Below, one piece after another: positions 26,971 to 34,031 of a stretch of DNA of 34,031 nt. The stretch covers positions 17,832 through 51,862 of the forward strand of contig CAZIPD010000001.1 in the NCBI GenBank assembly GCA_964541175.1, in the 5' to 3' direction. Positions within the stretch are counted from its first letter, which is position 1, and every line of letters begins with the position of its first letter. This stretch comes from an uncultured Pseudomonadales bacterium. GTDB taxonomy: Bacteria > Patescibacteriota > Microgenomatia > UBA1400 > MFAQ01. Below the pieces are notes generated by a model. The model was not told the origin of the DNA and searched no databases. It saw only the letters and a list, made by a program, of their open reading frames with translations. The translations under genes were made by a program, and so were the position numbers.

Positions 26971-27384
26971 ATGCTACAACCAGCAAGACGAAAATATAGA
27001 AAAGAATTCCGCGGCACCATGTCCGGAATTGCCACCCGAAGCAATGCTCTCTCTTATGGAGACTTCGGCATCAAGACCCAGGAATGTGGTTGGCTCTCTG
27101 CTGCCGAAATCGAGTCCGCTCGTCGTACTATTACCCACCACACAAAACGTATGGGTAAATTCTTCCTTCGCGTTTTTCCTCACAAGCCCATAACCAACAA
27201 AGTCGCCGGTGCCCGTATGGGTTCGGGTAAAGCCGATATCTCAGGTTATGTCGCCGTAGTCAAGCCCGGTCAGATCCTCATGGAGATTTCCGGAGTCTCT
27301 CGCGAAATCGCCGCCGAAGCCATCCGTTTGGCCAGTCACAAGCTCTCGGTAAAAACAAAATTTATAGAAAAAGACAATGGCTAA
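26971..27384 (+). CDS. rplP: 50S ribosomal protein L16
   Basis: MLQPARRKYRK start at 26971; IESARR, RVFPHKP, RMGSGK. Confidence 0.98.
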   Translation: MLQPARRKYRKEFRGTMSGIATRSNALSYGDFGIKTQECGWLSAAEIESARRTITHHTKRMGKFFLRVFPHKPITNKVAGARMGSGKADISGYVAVVKPGQILMEISGVSREIAAEAIRLASHKLSVKTKFIEKDNG

Positions 27385-27535
27385 AGAAGATCTACAAACA
27401 CAACTCGCACAACTCAAGACCAAGCTGGCTCACGTCAGGTTGACAATCAAAGCTGGGCAGGAAAAAAACACCAACGCTCACAAAAAACTTAAAAAAGAAA
27501 TTGCTCAGTTGCTAACTAAACCAAAAAGTATATGA
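27377..27535 (+). CDS. rpmC: 50S ribosomal protein L29 (52 aa; not in the ORF track)
   Basis: hand translation [52 protein letters not shown]; KK(E/D)IAxxxT motif; lies between rplP and rpsQ with an ATGA overlap. Confidence 0.92.
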   Translation: MAKEDLQTQLAQLKTKLAHVRLTIKAGQEKNTNAHKKLKKEIAQLLTKPKSI

Positions 27536-27759
27536 ATAAACACCTCAAAGGCGTAGTCAAGTCCGATAAAATGACCAAAAGCGCGACCGTGATCGTTACT
27601 CGATTCAAGGTCCACCCCAAATACTTAAAACGCTCCAAGGTCACCAAGTCCTACATTGCTCATAACGAGATCGGTGCCAAAGCCGGCCAAACCGTTCTTA
27701 TGGAAGAGACCAAACCTATTAGCAAGAACAAAGCCTGGCAAATTATTAAAGTCCTATGA
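27532..27759 (+). CDS. rpsQ: 30S ribosomal protein S17
   Basis: [24 protein letters not shown]. Confidence 0.98.
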   Translation: MNKHLKGVVKSDKMTKSATVIVTRFKVHPKYLKRSKVTKSYIAHNEIGAKAGQTVLMEETKPISKNKAWQIIKVL

Positions 27760-28130
27760 TCCAGCTAAGATCCGTACTCAACGTTGCCGACAACTCCGGT
27801 GCCAAACTCATCAAAGTGATTTTGGTCCACGGCGGTTCTCACCGCAGATTCGGTCGTATCGGTGACATCGTTACCGCTGCCGTCGAAGGCGCCGACAACA
27901 ACGGAGCCGTCAAGGACAAGCAGGTAGTCAAAGCCGTCATTGTTCGCACCCGCAAGGAAACTCGCCGCGACGACGGTACCTATCTCAGATTTGATGACAA
28001 TGCCGCCGTTATTATCGACTCCATTAGCTCGAAGCAGCCTCTTGGCACTCGTATCTTTGGCCCCGTTGCCCGTGAGGTTAAAGATGCCGGCTTCGCCAAG
28101 ATCGCCTCTCTTGCTCCCGAGGTCATCTAA
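27756..28130 (+). CDS. rplN: 50S ribosomal protein L14
   Basis: [32 protein letters not shown]. Confidence 0.99.
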   Translation: MIQLRSVLNVADNSGAKLIKVILVHGGSHRRFGRIGDIVTAAVEGADNNGAVKDKQVVKAVIVRTRKETRRDDGTYLRFDDNAAVIIDSISSKQPLGTRIFGPVAREVKDAGFAKIASLAPEVI

Positions 28131-28142
28131 ATATAAAAGAAT

Positions 28143-28472
28143 ATGTATAAGTTCAAAGTAAACGACACCATTCAAGTTACCGCCGGAAAAGACAAAGGTC
28201 GCACCGGAAAAGTTCTCGAGGTTAACCCCAAAGAGAATACCGTTCTCGTGGAAGGTGTCAATCTCTATAAGAAACACGTCAAGCCCAAAGGTAACGAAGC
28301 CGGTCAGATCCTGACCCTCCCTCGCAGCCTCTCTGTTGCCAGCATCGCCCTCCTCTGTCCCTCCTGTGGCAAAGCTACCAGAGTTGGATTCGACGCCTCC
28401 GTCAAACCCAAAGTCAGAGTCTGTCATCGCTGCCGTCAGGTTATCAACGCCACTACTCCCAAAAGCAAATGA
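28143..28472 (+). CDS. rplX: 50S ribosomal protein L24 (Cys4 variant)
   Basis: KOW motif AGKDKGRTGKV, VEGVN.KKH; CPSC and CHRC. Confidence 0.98.
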   Translation: MYKFKVNDTIQVTAGKDKGRTGKVLEVNPKENTVLVEGVNLYKKHVKPKGNEAGQILTLPRSLSVASIALLCPSCGKATRVGFDASVKPKVRVCHRCRQVINATTPKSK

Positions 28473-29017
28473 CACAAACACTAAAAGACCAATACCAGAA
28501 AGAGATCCGCCCCGCTCTTCAAAAAGAACTCGGGCTCAAGAGTGTTGAAGCTGCTCCTAAGATGGTCAAAATTACCGTCAACACCAGCTCTCGTGACTTT
28601 AAATCAGACAAAGAATTCTTGGAAAAGACCAAGGGTTGGCTTGCTACCATCACCGGTCAGGCACCAACAGAGACCAGATCAAAGAAATCGATCGCCGCTT
28701 TCAACCTTAGAGAGGGAGACGTCGTTGGCCTAAAAATCACTCTCAGAGGAGATCGTATGTACGACTTTTACCAAAAGCTCGTCTCCATAGTTCTTCCCCG
28801 TATTAAAGACTTCCAAGGAGTATCCCGTACCACCTTCGACAAAAACGGTAACTACACCCTCGGGCTCGGAGAGCAGATCGTGTTTCCCGAGGTCGAATAT
28901 GATAAAATAGGCAGGATTCAAGGGCTAGAAATGACCATTTCCACATCCGCGAAAGATTCCGCTCAAGCAGAGAAACTTCTCTCCGCCATGGGAATGCCTT
29001 TTACCAAGACTGCCTAA
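28469..29017 (+). CDS. rplE: 50S ribosomal protein L5
   Basis: ITGQ.P, KKSIAAFNLREG, TLRGDRMY, LPRIKDFQG. Confidence 0.99.
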   Translation: MTQTLKDQYQKEIRPALQKELGLKSVEAAPKMVKITVNTSSRDFKSDKEFLEKTKGWLATITGQAPTETRSKKSIAAFNLREGDVVGLKITLRGDRMYDFYQKLVSIVLPRIKDFQGVSRTTFDKNGNYTLGLGEQIVFPEVEYDKIGRIQGLEMTISTSAKDSAQAEKLLSAMGMPFTKTA

Positions 29018-29037
29018 ATTAAAAAAACCAAACTAAC

Positions 29038-29223
29038 GTGGCTAAAAAAAGCAAAATCGCTAAAACAAAAAAACTCAAGGGTCACTCGACTCGCGATCAT
29101 AACCGCTGCAAACTTTGCGGCCGCCCCAGAGGATATATTCGCCTCTTCGGCATCTGTCGCCATTGTTTTAGAAAATTAGTCCACAGAGGTGAACTCCCCG
29201 GAGTTTACAAAATGAGCAAATAA
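29038..29223 (+). CDS. rpsN: 30S ribosomal protein S14, Zn-binding (type Z)
   Basis: 61 aa; [16 protein letters not shown]; start codon GTG. Confidence 0.98.
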   Translation: MAKKSKIAKTKKLKGHSTRDHNRCKLCGRPRGYIRLFGICRHCFRKLVHRGELPGVYKMSK

Positions 29224-29225
29224 AT

Positions 29226-29615
29226 ATGGATACCATCGCCGACTTTATAACCGCCATCAGGAACGGATACCTCGCCAAGAGAGAATCCATCACCACCAAC
29301 AGTTCCAAGATTCGTCTTGAGATTGTTAAGATCCTCAAAGAGGAAGGTTTTGTTGCCGACTACTCGGTCTCAGAAGAAAAACCTGTCTCTCGTATCACCG
29401 TCGATCTCCGCTATTTTGAAAAAGATCTTCCCGCTATCGCCGGCATCAAACGTGTCAGCAAACCCAGCGTCAGGATCCACAAAGCCTTCAACGCAATTCC
29501 TCTTACTCTTTCCGGAGCCGGTCTCACCATCGTCTCTACCTCAAAAGGTCTCATGACAGGCAAACAAGCCTCAAAGAGCCATCTCGGAGGAGAAATTATT
29601 TGTCAAGTTTGGTAA
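29226..29615 (+). CDS. rpsH: 30S ribosomal protein S8
   Basis: DTIADFITAIRNG, LKEEGF, VSTSKGLMT, GGEIICQVW. Confidence 0.99.
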   Translation: MDTIADFITAIRNGYLAKRESITTNSSKIRLEIVKILKEEGFVADYSVSEEKPVSRITVDLRYFEKDLPAIAGIKRVSKPSVRIHKAFNAIPLTLSGAGLTIVSTSKGLMTGKQASKSHLGGEIICQVW

Positions 29616-29637
29616 ACCAATTAATTAATCAACATTT

Positions 29638-30186
29638 ATGAGCCGCATAGGACGCAAACCCCTCCACCTCCCAGACTCGGTCAAATACGAGAAGGTCGAA
29701 GGGACTCTAAAATTCACTGGCCCTAAAGGTACTCTGGAAGTCACCCTTCCCGAAACCATTAAGGTCGAGGAAAAAGAAAACGTTCTGAACTTTGTCCGCA
29801 CCTCCGAAATTCCTTCGGTCAAAGCTTTACATGGACTAATCCGCCGCCTCTCCCAGAACGCCGTTACCGGAGTTGTGGAAGGATATAGCAAACAATTACA
29901 GCTTCTCGGTACCGGTTACCGCGTAGCCAGTCATCCGGAGGGCATCACGCTTTCGGTTGGTTTTAGCCACCCGGTCATCTTCAAAAAAGTTGACGGCATT
30001 AATATCGTTGTTGAAGGTCAGGACAAGATCACCGTCTCCGGCATCGACAAACAGCTCGTTGGCCAAGTTGCAGCTAATATTCGTGCCATCAAGAAACCTG
30101 AACCATATAAGGGCAAAGGTATCCGTTACGTCGACGAAGTCGTTATCAAGAAACAAGGCAAGACCGCCACTAAGTCAGCCGCCTAA
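29638..30186 (+). CDS. rplF: 50S ribosomal protein L6
   Basis: MSRIGRKP, GPKGTL, GFSHPV, PEPYKGKGIRY. Confidence 0.99.
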   Translation: MSRIGRKPLHLPDSVKYEKVEGTLKFTGPKGTLEVTLPETIKVEEKENVLNFVRTSEIPSVKALHGLIRRLSQNAVTGVVEGYSKQLQLLGTGYRVASHPEGITLSVGFSHPVIFKKVDGINIVVEGQDKITVSGIDKQLVGQVAANIRAIKKPEPYKGKGIRYVDEVVIKKQGKTATKSAA

Positions 30187-30192
30187 AAGATT

Positions 30193-30540
30193 ATGATAGA
30201 AAAAAAACTCACCCCCCAGATCAAAAGGCAGCTTCGTATCAGAAGGTCTCTCCTTTCCGTTACCCGAAAACCCAGACTGATTGTTAGTCGCTCCAATAAA
30301 CACATCTCCGCCCAGATAGTTGAAAAGACCGGCAAAGTCTTGGCGGCATTCTCTTCTCAAGCCCTCAAAGACGCCAAAGCCACCAACGTTGAGATCGCTA
30401 CACAAGTTGGTACAAAACTCGGCGAGCTGGCCAAAGACAAAAAAATCGCCGAAGTTGTTTTCGATCGCGGTTCATACAGATACCATGGTCGCGTCAAAGC
30501 CGTGGCCGATGCTGTTCGTCAATCAGGAATTAAATTCTAA
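30193..30540 (+). CDS. rplR: 50S ribosomal protein L18
   Basis: PRLIVSRSNKHISAQ, VFDRGSYRYHGRVKA. Confidence 0.99.
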   Translation: MIEKKLTPQIKRQLRIRRSLLSVTRKPRLIVSRSNKHISAQIVEKTGKVLAAFSSQALKDAKATNVEIATQVGTKLGELAKDKKIAEVVFDRGSYRYHGRVKAVADAVRQSGIKF

Positions 30541-30545
30541 TATAT

Positions 30546-31049
30546 ATGGCATACTCACAAACCCCTAATCGTAATAGCCCTCGTCCTCAGCCGGAAGGCT
30601 TTGAGCAGGTTCTCCAGATCCGTCGTGTTAGCAAAAAGACCACTGGTGGAAGCAAGGTAGCCTTCTCGGCTCTTGTTGTCACCGGTGATAAAAAAGGTAA
30701 GGTTGGTCTTGGTTTAGCCAAGGCTCCTAACGTTGCCGATGCTATCAAGAAATCCATCCGTCTGGGTAACCGTGACCTGGTCATGGTCCCCATCAAGGAA
30801 GGCACAATTCCCTACGAGACCAGATCCAAATATGGTGCGGCCGATGTTCTCTTAAGACCGGCTCCTAAAGGTACCGGTATCATCGCCGGCTCAGCCGTCC
30901 GTGCCGTCGTCGAAGCCGCCGGTATCACCGACATTGTCACCAAGTCACTCGGATCCAACAACAAGACCACAAACGCCAGAGCTACCTTCAAAGCCCTAAA
31001 ACAGATCGAACTCCTCGACAGAAAATACAAGTTGCTTAAAACAAAATAA
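30546..31049 (+). CDS. rpsE: 30S ribosomal protein S5
   Basis: RVSKKTTGG..FSALVVTGD, PAPKGTGIIAG, KSLGSNN. Confidence 0.99.
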   Translation: MAYSQTPNRNSPRPQPEGFEQVLQIRRVSKKTTGGSKVAFSALVVTGDKKGKVGLGLAKAPNVADAIKKSIRLGNRDLVMVPIKEGTIPYETRSKYGAADVLLRPAPKGTGIIAGSAVRAVVEAAGITDIVTKSLGSNNKTTNARATFKALKQIELLDRKYKLLKTK

Positions 31050-31054
31050 AGACT

Positions 31055-31501
31055 ATGTTACTCGCCAATTTACCCAAATCCACAAGCAACAGCAAGAAGC
31101 GCCTCGGTCGCGGATTCGGTTCCGGAGTTGGAGGTCACACCGTTGGCCGCGGTCAAAAGGGTCAAAAGACTCGTGGCACAATACCTACTTGGTTTGAAGG
31201 TGGACAACTTCCTATCATTCGTCGTACTCCTTTCATCAAAGGCAAGCACCGCTTCCAGTCAATTTATTCTCAGCCAACAGTCATAAATCTCGACTTCTTG
31301 AACAAATTCGAAGATAACACCCTGGTCGACGCTACCCTCCTTGTTCAAGCTCTCAAACTCAACGAGAAAAAAGCCAAAAAAGGTTTCAAGATCGTCGCCA
31401 CCGGTAAGATCGAAAAACCTCTGGAGATCGCCGTTCTCGCCACCGCAGGAGCCATCAAGCTCATTGAGAAAGCCGGCGGTAAATACACCTTCGCCAAATA
31501 A
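31055..31501 (+). CDS. rplO: 50S ribosomal protein L15
   Basis: KRLGRGFGSG, GRGQKGQ, FEGGQLP, IEKAGG. Confidence 0.99.
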   Translation: MLLANLPKSTSNSKKRLGRGFGSGVGGHTVGRGQKGQKTRGTIPTWFEGGQLPIIRRTPFIKGKHRFQSIYSQPTVINLDFLNKFEDNTLVDATLLVQALKLNEKKAKKGFKIVATGKIEKPLEIAVLATAGAIKLIEKAGGKYTFAK

Positions 31502-31522
31502 TACAAAAAAATATAGCAGTAC

Positions 31523-31550
31523 AAAAGATCCCGTTCACGCGGGATTTTTT
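31523..31550 (+). terminator. intrinsic terminator after rplO
   Basis: AAAA-GATCCCG-TTCACG-CGGGAT followed by TTTTT. Confidence 0.8.
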
Positions 31551-31554
31551 GCCA

Positions 31555-31583
31555 TTTGAAGGATGCGATTTAAGGTGTAAAAT
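31555..31583 (+). promoter_or_regulatory. promoter for the DUF2284-like gene
   Basis: TTTGAA/TTGAAG at 31555-61 and TAAAAT at 31578-83; ATG 9 nt downstream. Confidence 0.5.
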
Positions 31584-31592
31584 CTCACCACC

Positions 31593-32111
31593 ATGTCCAT
31601 AGAGAAAGAAATAGATCATATTGAAAGGACAGGACTCTTTCTTGGTCCGGTTGAGGCGGTTTGCGACCCCCGTATGAAAGCCCACTGTCTTGATCCGTAC
31701 TATAAACACCCCAAGGGATGTCCCAACTGGAACTACAAAGAAGGTTGTCCCCCTCATGTTCCGTACTTCCCCAAAGTTTATTCAAAGGACATTTATATCG
31801 CCACCGTCAGATTTAATTTTGCCGACTATCTTGCGTCTCGAAAACTCGCCCACCCCGACTGGACCGAAAAAGCTCTGAGAAACCCCCGCCACTGGCAGGG
31901 TCATGTAAGAAGTGAACTAAGATCTTTTCTATTTGACTATCTCTCGGATCATCCCAATATCGATGGAGAAATAATTTTCAATCCTGAAGCCCTTGGAATT
32001 AATGTCTTTGCCACCTGCGAAAAAGCCGGCATTATCCTCGAGCATACACCGGAACATTTTGTCTATAACGTCGCAATAATCGCCAAGAAACTAAACGATA
32101 TACAATCCTAA
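31593..32111 (+). CDS. DUF2284-like predicted metal-binding protein
   Basis: C...GCPNWN...CPP N-terminal motif and PEALGINVFAT, matching the DUF2284 (M/P)EAxGI(D/N)VxxT motif. Confidence 0.8.
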   Translation: MSIEKEIDHIERTGLFLGPVEAVCDPRMKAHCLDPYYKHPKGCPNWNYKEGCPPHVPYFPKVYSKDIYIATVRFNFADYLASRKLAHPDWTEKALRNPRHWQGHVRSELRSFLFDYLSDHPNIDGEIIFNPEALGINVFATCEKAGIILEHTPEHFVYNVAIIAKKLNDIQS

Positions 32112-32114
32112 CCC

Positions 32115-32123
32115 TGCTAGAAT
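32115..32123 (+). promoter_or_regulatory. extended -10 for secY
   Basis: TGcTAGAAT ending 8 nt before the secY ATG. Confidence 0.5.
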
Positions 32124-32131
32124 ATATACAC

Positions 32132-33415
32132 ATGGAAAATCTATTAGCACCTTTTCGCGGCTTACTGAAGATTAAAGACCTTCGGAATCGACTTATCTTC
32201 ACTGCCATAATCATCGCCATCATTCGTTTTGTTGCTCACATTCCAGCACCGGGAATTAACCTGGCCTCACTAAAAAATATTTTTGATCAATCTGCTTTTC
32301 TTTCTCTCCTCGATGTTTTCTCCGGAGGTACTCTGGGAAATTTCTCTATCATGGCACTAGGTCTTAACCCCTACATCAACGCCTCCATCATTATCCAGAT
32401 GTTGGGTATGGTCATCCCCAAGATAGAAGAGCTTCAAAAAGAAGGGGACTATGGTCGTCAAAAGATCAATCAATACACCCGTCTTCTCACTGTTCCTCTC
32501 TGTTTCATGCAAGCCATCGGACTATTATTTCTCCTGAGCAAACAAGGACTTACTACCACCTCGGACCCACTTCAACTTGCCAGTATTGTCTTTACTCTTT
32601 CCGCCGGCACCGGACTTATGGTCTGGCTTGGTGAACAGCTCAATGACTACGGATTGGGGAACGGCATCAGCCTTCTCATCTTCGTCGGTATAATCAGCCG
32701 CTTACCGATTGCCGCCTACCAACTATTCACCACGGCGGACCAATCCAAGTTCATTCAATACGGGATCTTCATCGCCGCCTCAATGGCCGTCATCTATGCC
32801 ATCGTTCGTACCAGTGAAGCAACGAGAGAAATTCCCATTCAGTCGGCCAGGAGAGGCCTCACTTCATATACGGCCGCGGTCAAGAATCATTTGCCTCTCA
32901 GACTTAATCAAGCCGGTGTCATCCCGATCATCTTTGCCGTCTCCTTCATGATGATCCCCGGACTACTCGCCAGAGTTCTCTCCGGAGTTCAACAACCCCA
33001 ACTGGCACAGATCGCCACTAACTTAAGTAATTCTCTAACCCCGGACGGTCTTTTGTACAACGCACTTTATTTCTTCTTCGTCGTCGCCTTTACCTATTTC
33101 TACACCGCAGTTGTCTTTAATCCGGAAAAAATTGCTAAAGACCTTCGTCAATCGGGAAGTTTCATTCCCGGCATTCGACCCGGTCCCAACACGGTCGACT
33201 ATCTGAACTTTGTTCTCGGTCGCATCACTCTTGTCGGCGCTTTTTTCCTTGGGATTGTTGCCGTCATGCCGGCGATTGTTTCCGGTTTCACCGGCGTCAC
33301 CTCCCTGGCAATCGGAGGGACCGGAGTTCTGATCGTTGTTTCCGTCGTCTTGGAAATAATCAAATCGATCAACTCGCAACTCTACATGCATCACTACGAA
33401 AAATTCTTAACCTAA
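32132..33415 (+). CDS. secY: preprotein translocase subunit SecY
   Basis: FSIMALGLNPYINASII, GLGNGISLLIF, AGVIPIIFA, FIPGIRPG. Confidence 0.99.
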   Translation: MENLLAPFRGLLKIKDLRNRLIFTAIIIAIIRFVAHIPAPGINLASLKNIFDQSAFLSLLDVFSGGTLGNFSIMALGLNPYINASIIIQMLGMVIPKIEELQKEGDYGRQKINQYTRLLTVPLCFMQAIGLLFLLSKQGLTTTSDPLQLASIVFTLSAGTGLMVWLGEQLNDYGLGNGISLLIFVGIISRLPIAAYQLFTTADQSKFIQYGIFIAASMAVIYAIVRTSEATREIPIQSARRGLTSYTAAVKNHLPLRLNQAGVIPIIFAVSFMMIPGLLARVLSGVQQPQLAQIATNLSNSLTPDGLLYNALYFFFVVAFTYFYTAVVFNPEKIAKDLRQSGSFIPGIRPGPNTVDYLNFVLGRITLVGAFFLGIVAVMPAIVSGFTGVTSLAIGGTGVLIVVSVVLEIIKSINSQLYMHHYEKFLT

Positions 33416-33418
33416 AAG

Positions 33419-33982
33419 ATGAATTTAATTATCTTAGGACCCCAAGGATCTGGTAAGGGTACGCAGGCAAAACTCCTCTCGGAAAAATACGGTCTTATTC
33501 ATATCTCCACGGGCGCACTGATAAGACAGGAAATTCAATCTGGTAGCGATTTCGGAAAAGCTCTTGAGACAAAGATAAAAAATGGGGAACTGGTTTCGGA
33601 TGCTGAATTATTCTCCGTTCTTGAAAAAGCTCCCATCACCCCGACCAAAGGCTTCATCCTCGATGGCACCCCCCGTAACCTTGCTCAAGCGACAGAACTG
33701 GAAAATGTTTTTAAAAAAGTCGGGGTCGGTCTAGACTGGGTCATTCTTCTCACGCTCTCTCACGAGGAAAGTATTTCCCGACTCACAAAAAGAGCTGCTA
33801 TCGAACACCGGCAAGACGATAATCCGGAAGCCATCCAAAAACGTCTCGACCTTTATAACCAAGAAACCATCCCCGTTCTCGAATACTACCGTTCGCTGGG
33901 TAAGTTGATCGAGGTAGATGGCACTCCGGACATCCAAACGGTTTTTCAGGATATCTGCCGCAAGCTCGAAGATGTAAAATAA
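33419..33982 (+). CDS. adk: adenylate kinase (short LID type)
   Basis: GPQGSGKGTQA P-loop, GELVSD, GFILDGTPR, RQDD. Confidence 0.95.
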   Translation: MNLIILGPQGSGKGTQAKLLSEKYGLIHISTGALIRQEIQSGSDFGKALETKIKNGELVSDAELFSVLEKAPITPTKGFILDGTPRNLAQATELENVFKKVGVGLDWVILLTLSHEESISRLTKRAAIEHRQDDNPEAIQKRLDLYNQETIPVLEYYRSLGKLIEVDGTPDIQTVFQDICRKLEDVK

Positions 33983-33987
33983 GTCTC

Positions 33988-34031
33988 ATGAACAAACTCA
34001 CCGCGATGACAGAAGGCGGTAAACGCTTGGG
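33988..34031 (+). CDS. map: methionine aminopeptidase, 5' fragment (runs off the window)
   Basis: MNKLTAMTEGGKRLG resembles the Map N-terminus (xMrEgGkxxa); canonical secY-adk-map order. Confidence 0.7.
   Translation, partial: MNKLTAMTEGGKRL

Noticed and set aside
1-34031. Alternative genetic code 25, CRISPR arrays, tRNA/rRNA genes, IS elements, introns or inteins
   Set aside because: TGA terminates rpoC, rpmC, rpsQ and rplX at expected positions; no repeat-spacer arrays, cloverleaves, transposases or intein-like interruptions were seen by eye.

Overview
A 34 kb core-genome window from a small-genome bacterium, most likely Patescibacteria/CPR (Microgenomates-like). This is inferred from the absence of rpmD/L30 between rpsE and rplO, a short AlaRS, trimmed ribosomal proteins and A-rich starts without Shine-Dalgarno sequences. 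TGA is used as a stop codon. The gene order is: ytxG/ytxH-like pair, alaS, a large FtsA-like/TM/baseplate-J-like protein, sortase, ruvX, a Zn-ribbon protein, mltG, a convergent membrane protein, rpoB-rpoC-rpsL-rpsG, a 5-gene insert (DEAD-box helicase, membrane protein, HAD-fold protein, RelE/YafQ-like toxin, 4-TM protein), fusA-tuf-rpsJ, the S10/spc ribosomal cluster (including an rpmC missed by the ORF track), a DUF2284-like protein, secY, adk and a partial map. No rRNA, tRNA, CRISPR or transposase was seen. The strongest unexplained signals are: (1) a mutually exclusive antiterminator/terminator with a 6-codon uORF between rpsJ and rplC; (2) the FtsA-like/baseplate-J-like fusion next to a sortase in the alaS-ruvX-mltG cluster; (3) a structured, switch-like leader upstream of the DEAD-box helicase; (4) a HAD protein with an antitoxin-like tail directly upstream of a toxin; (5) RNAP and S12 substitutions predicting intrinsic rifampicin and streptomycin resistance. 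Family calls come from motif recognition and RNA pairings were read by eye; no searches or folding were run.
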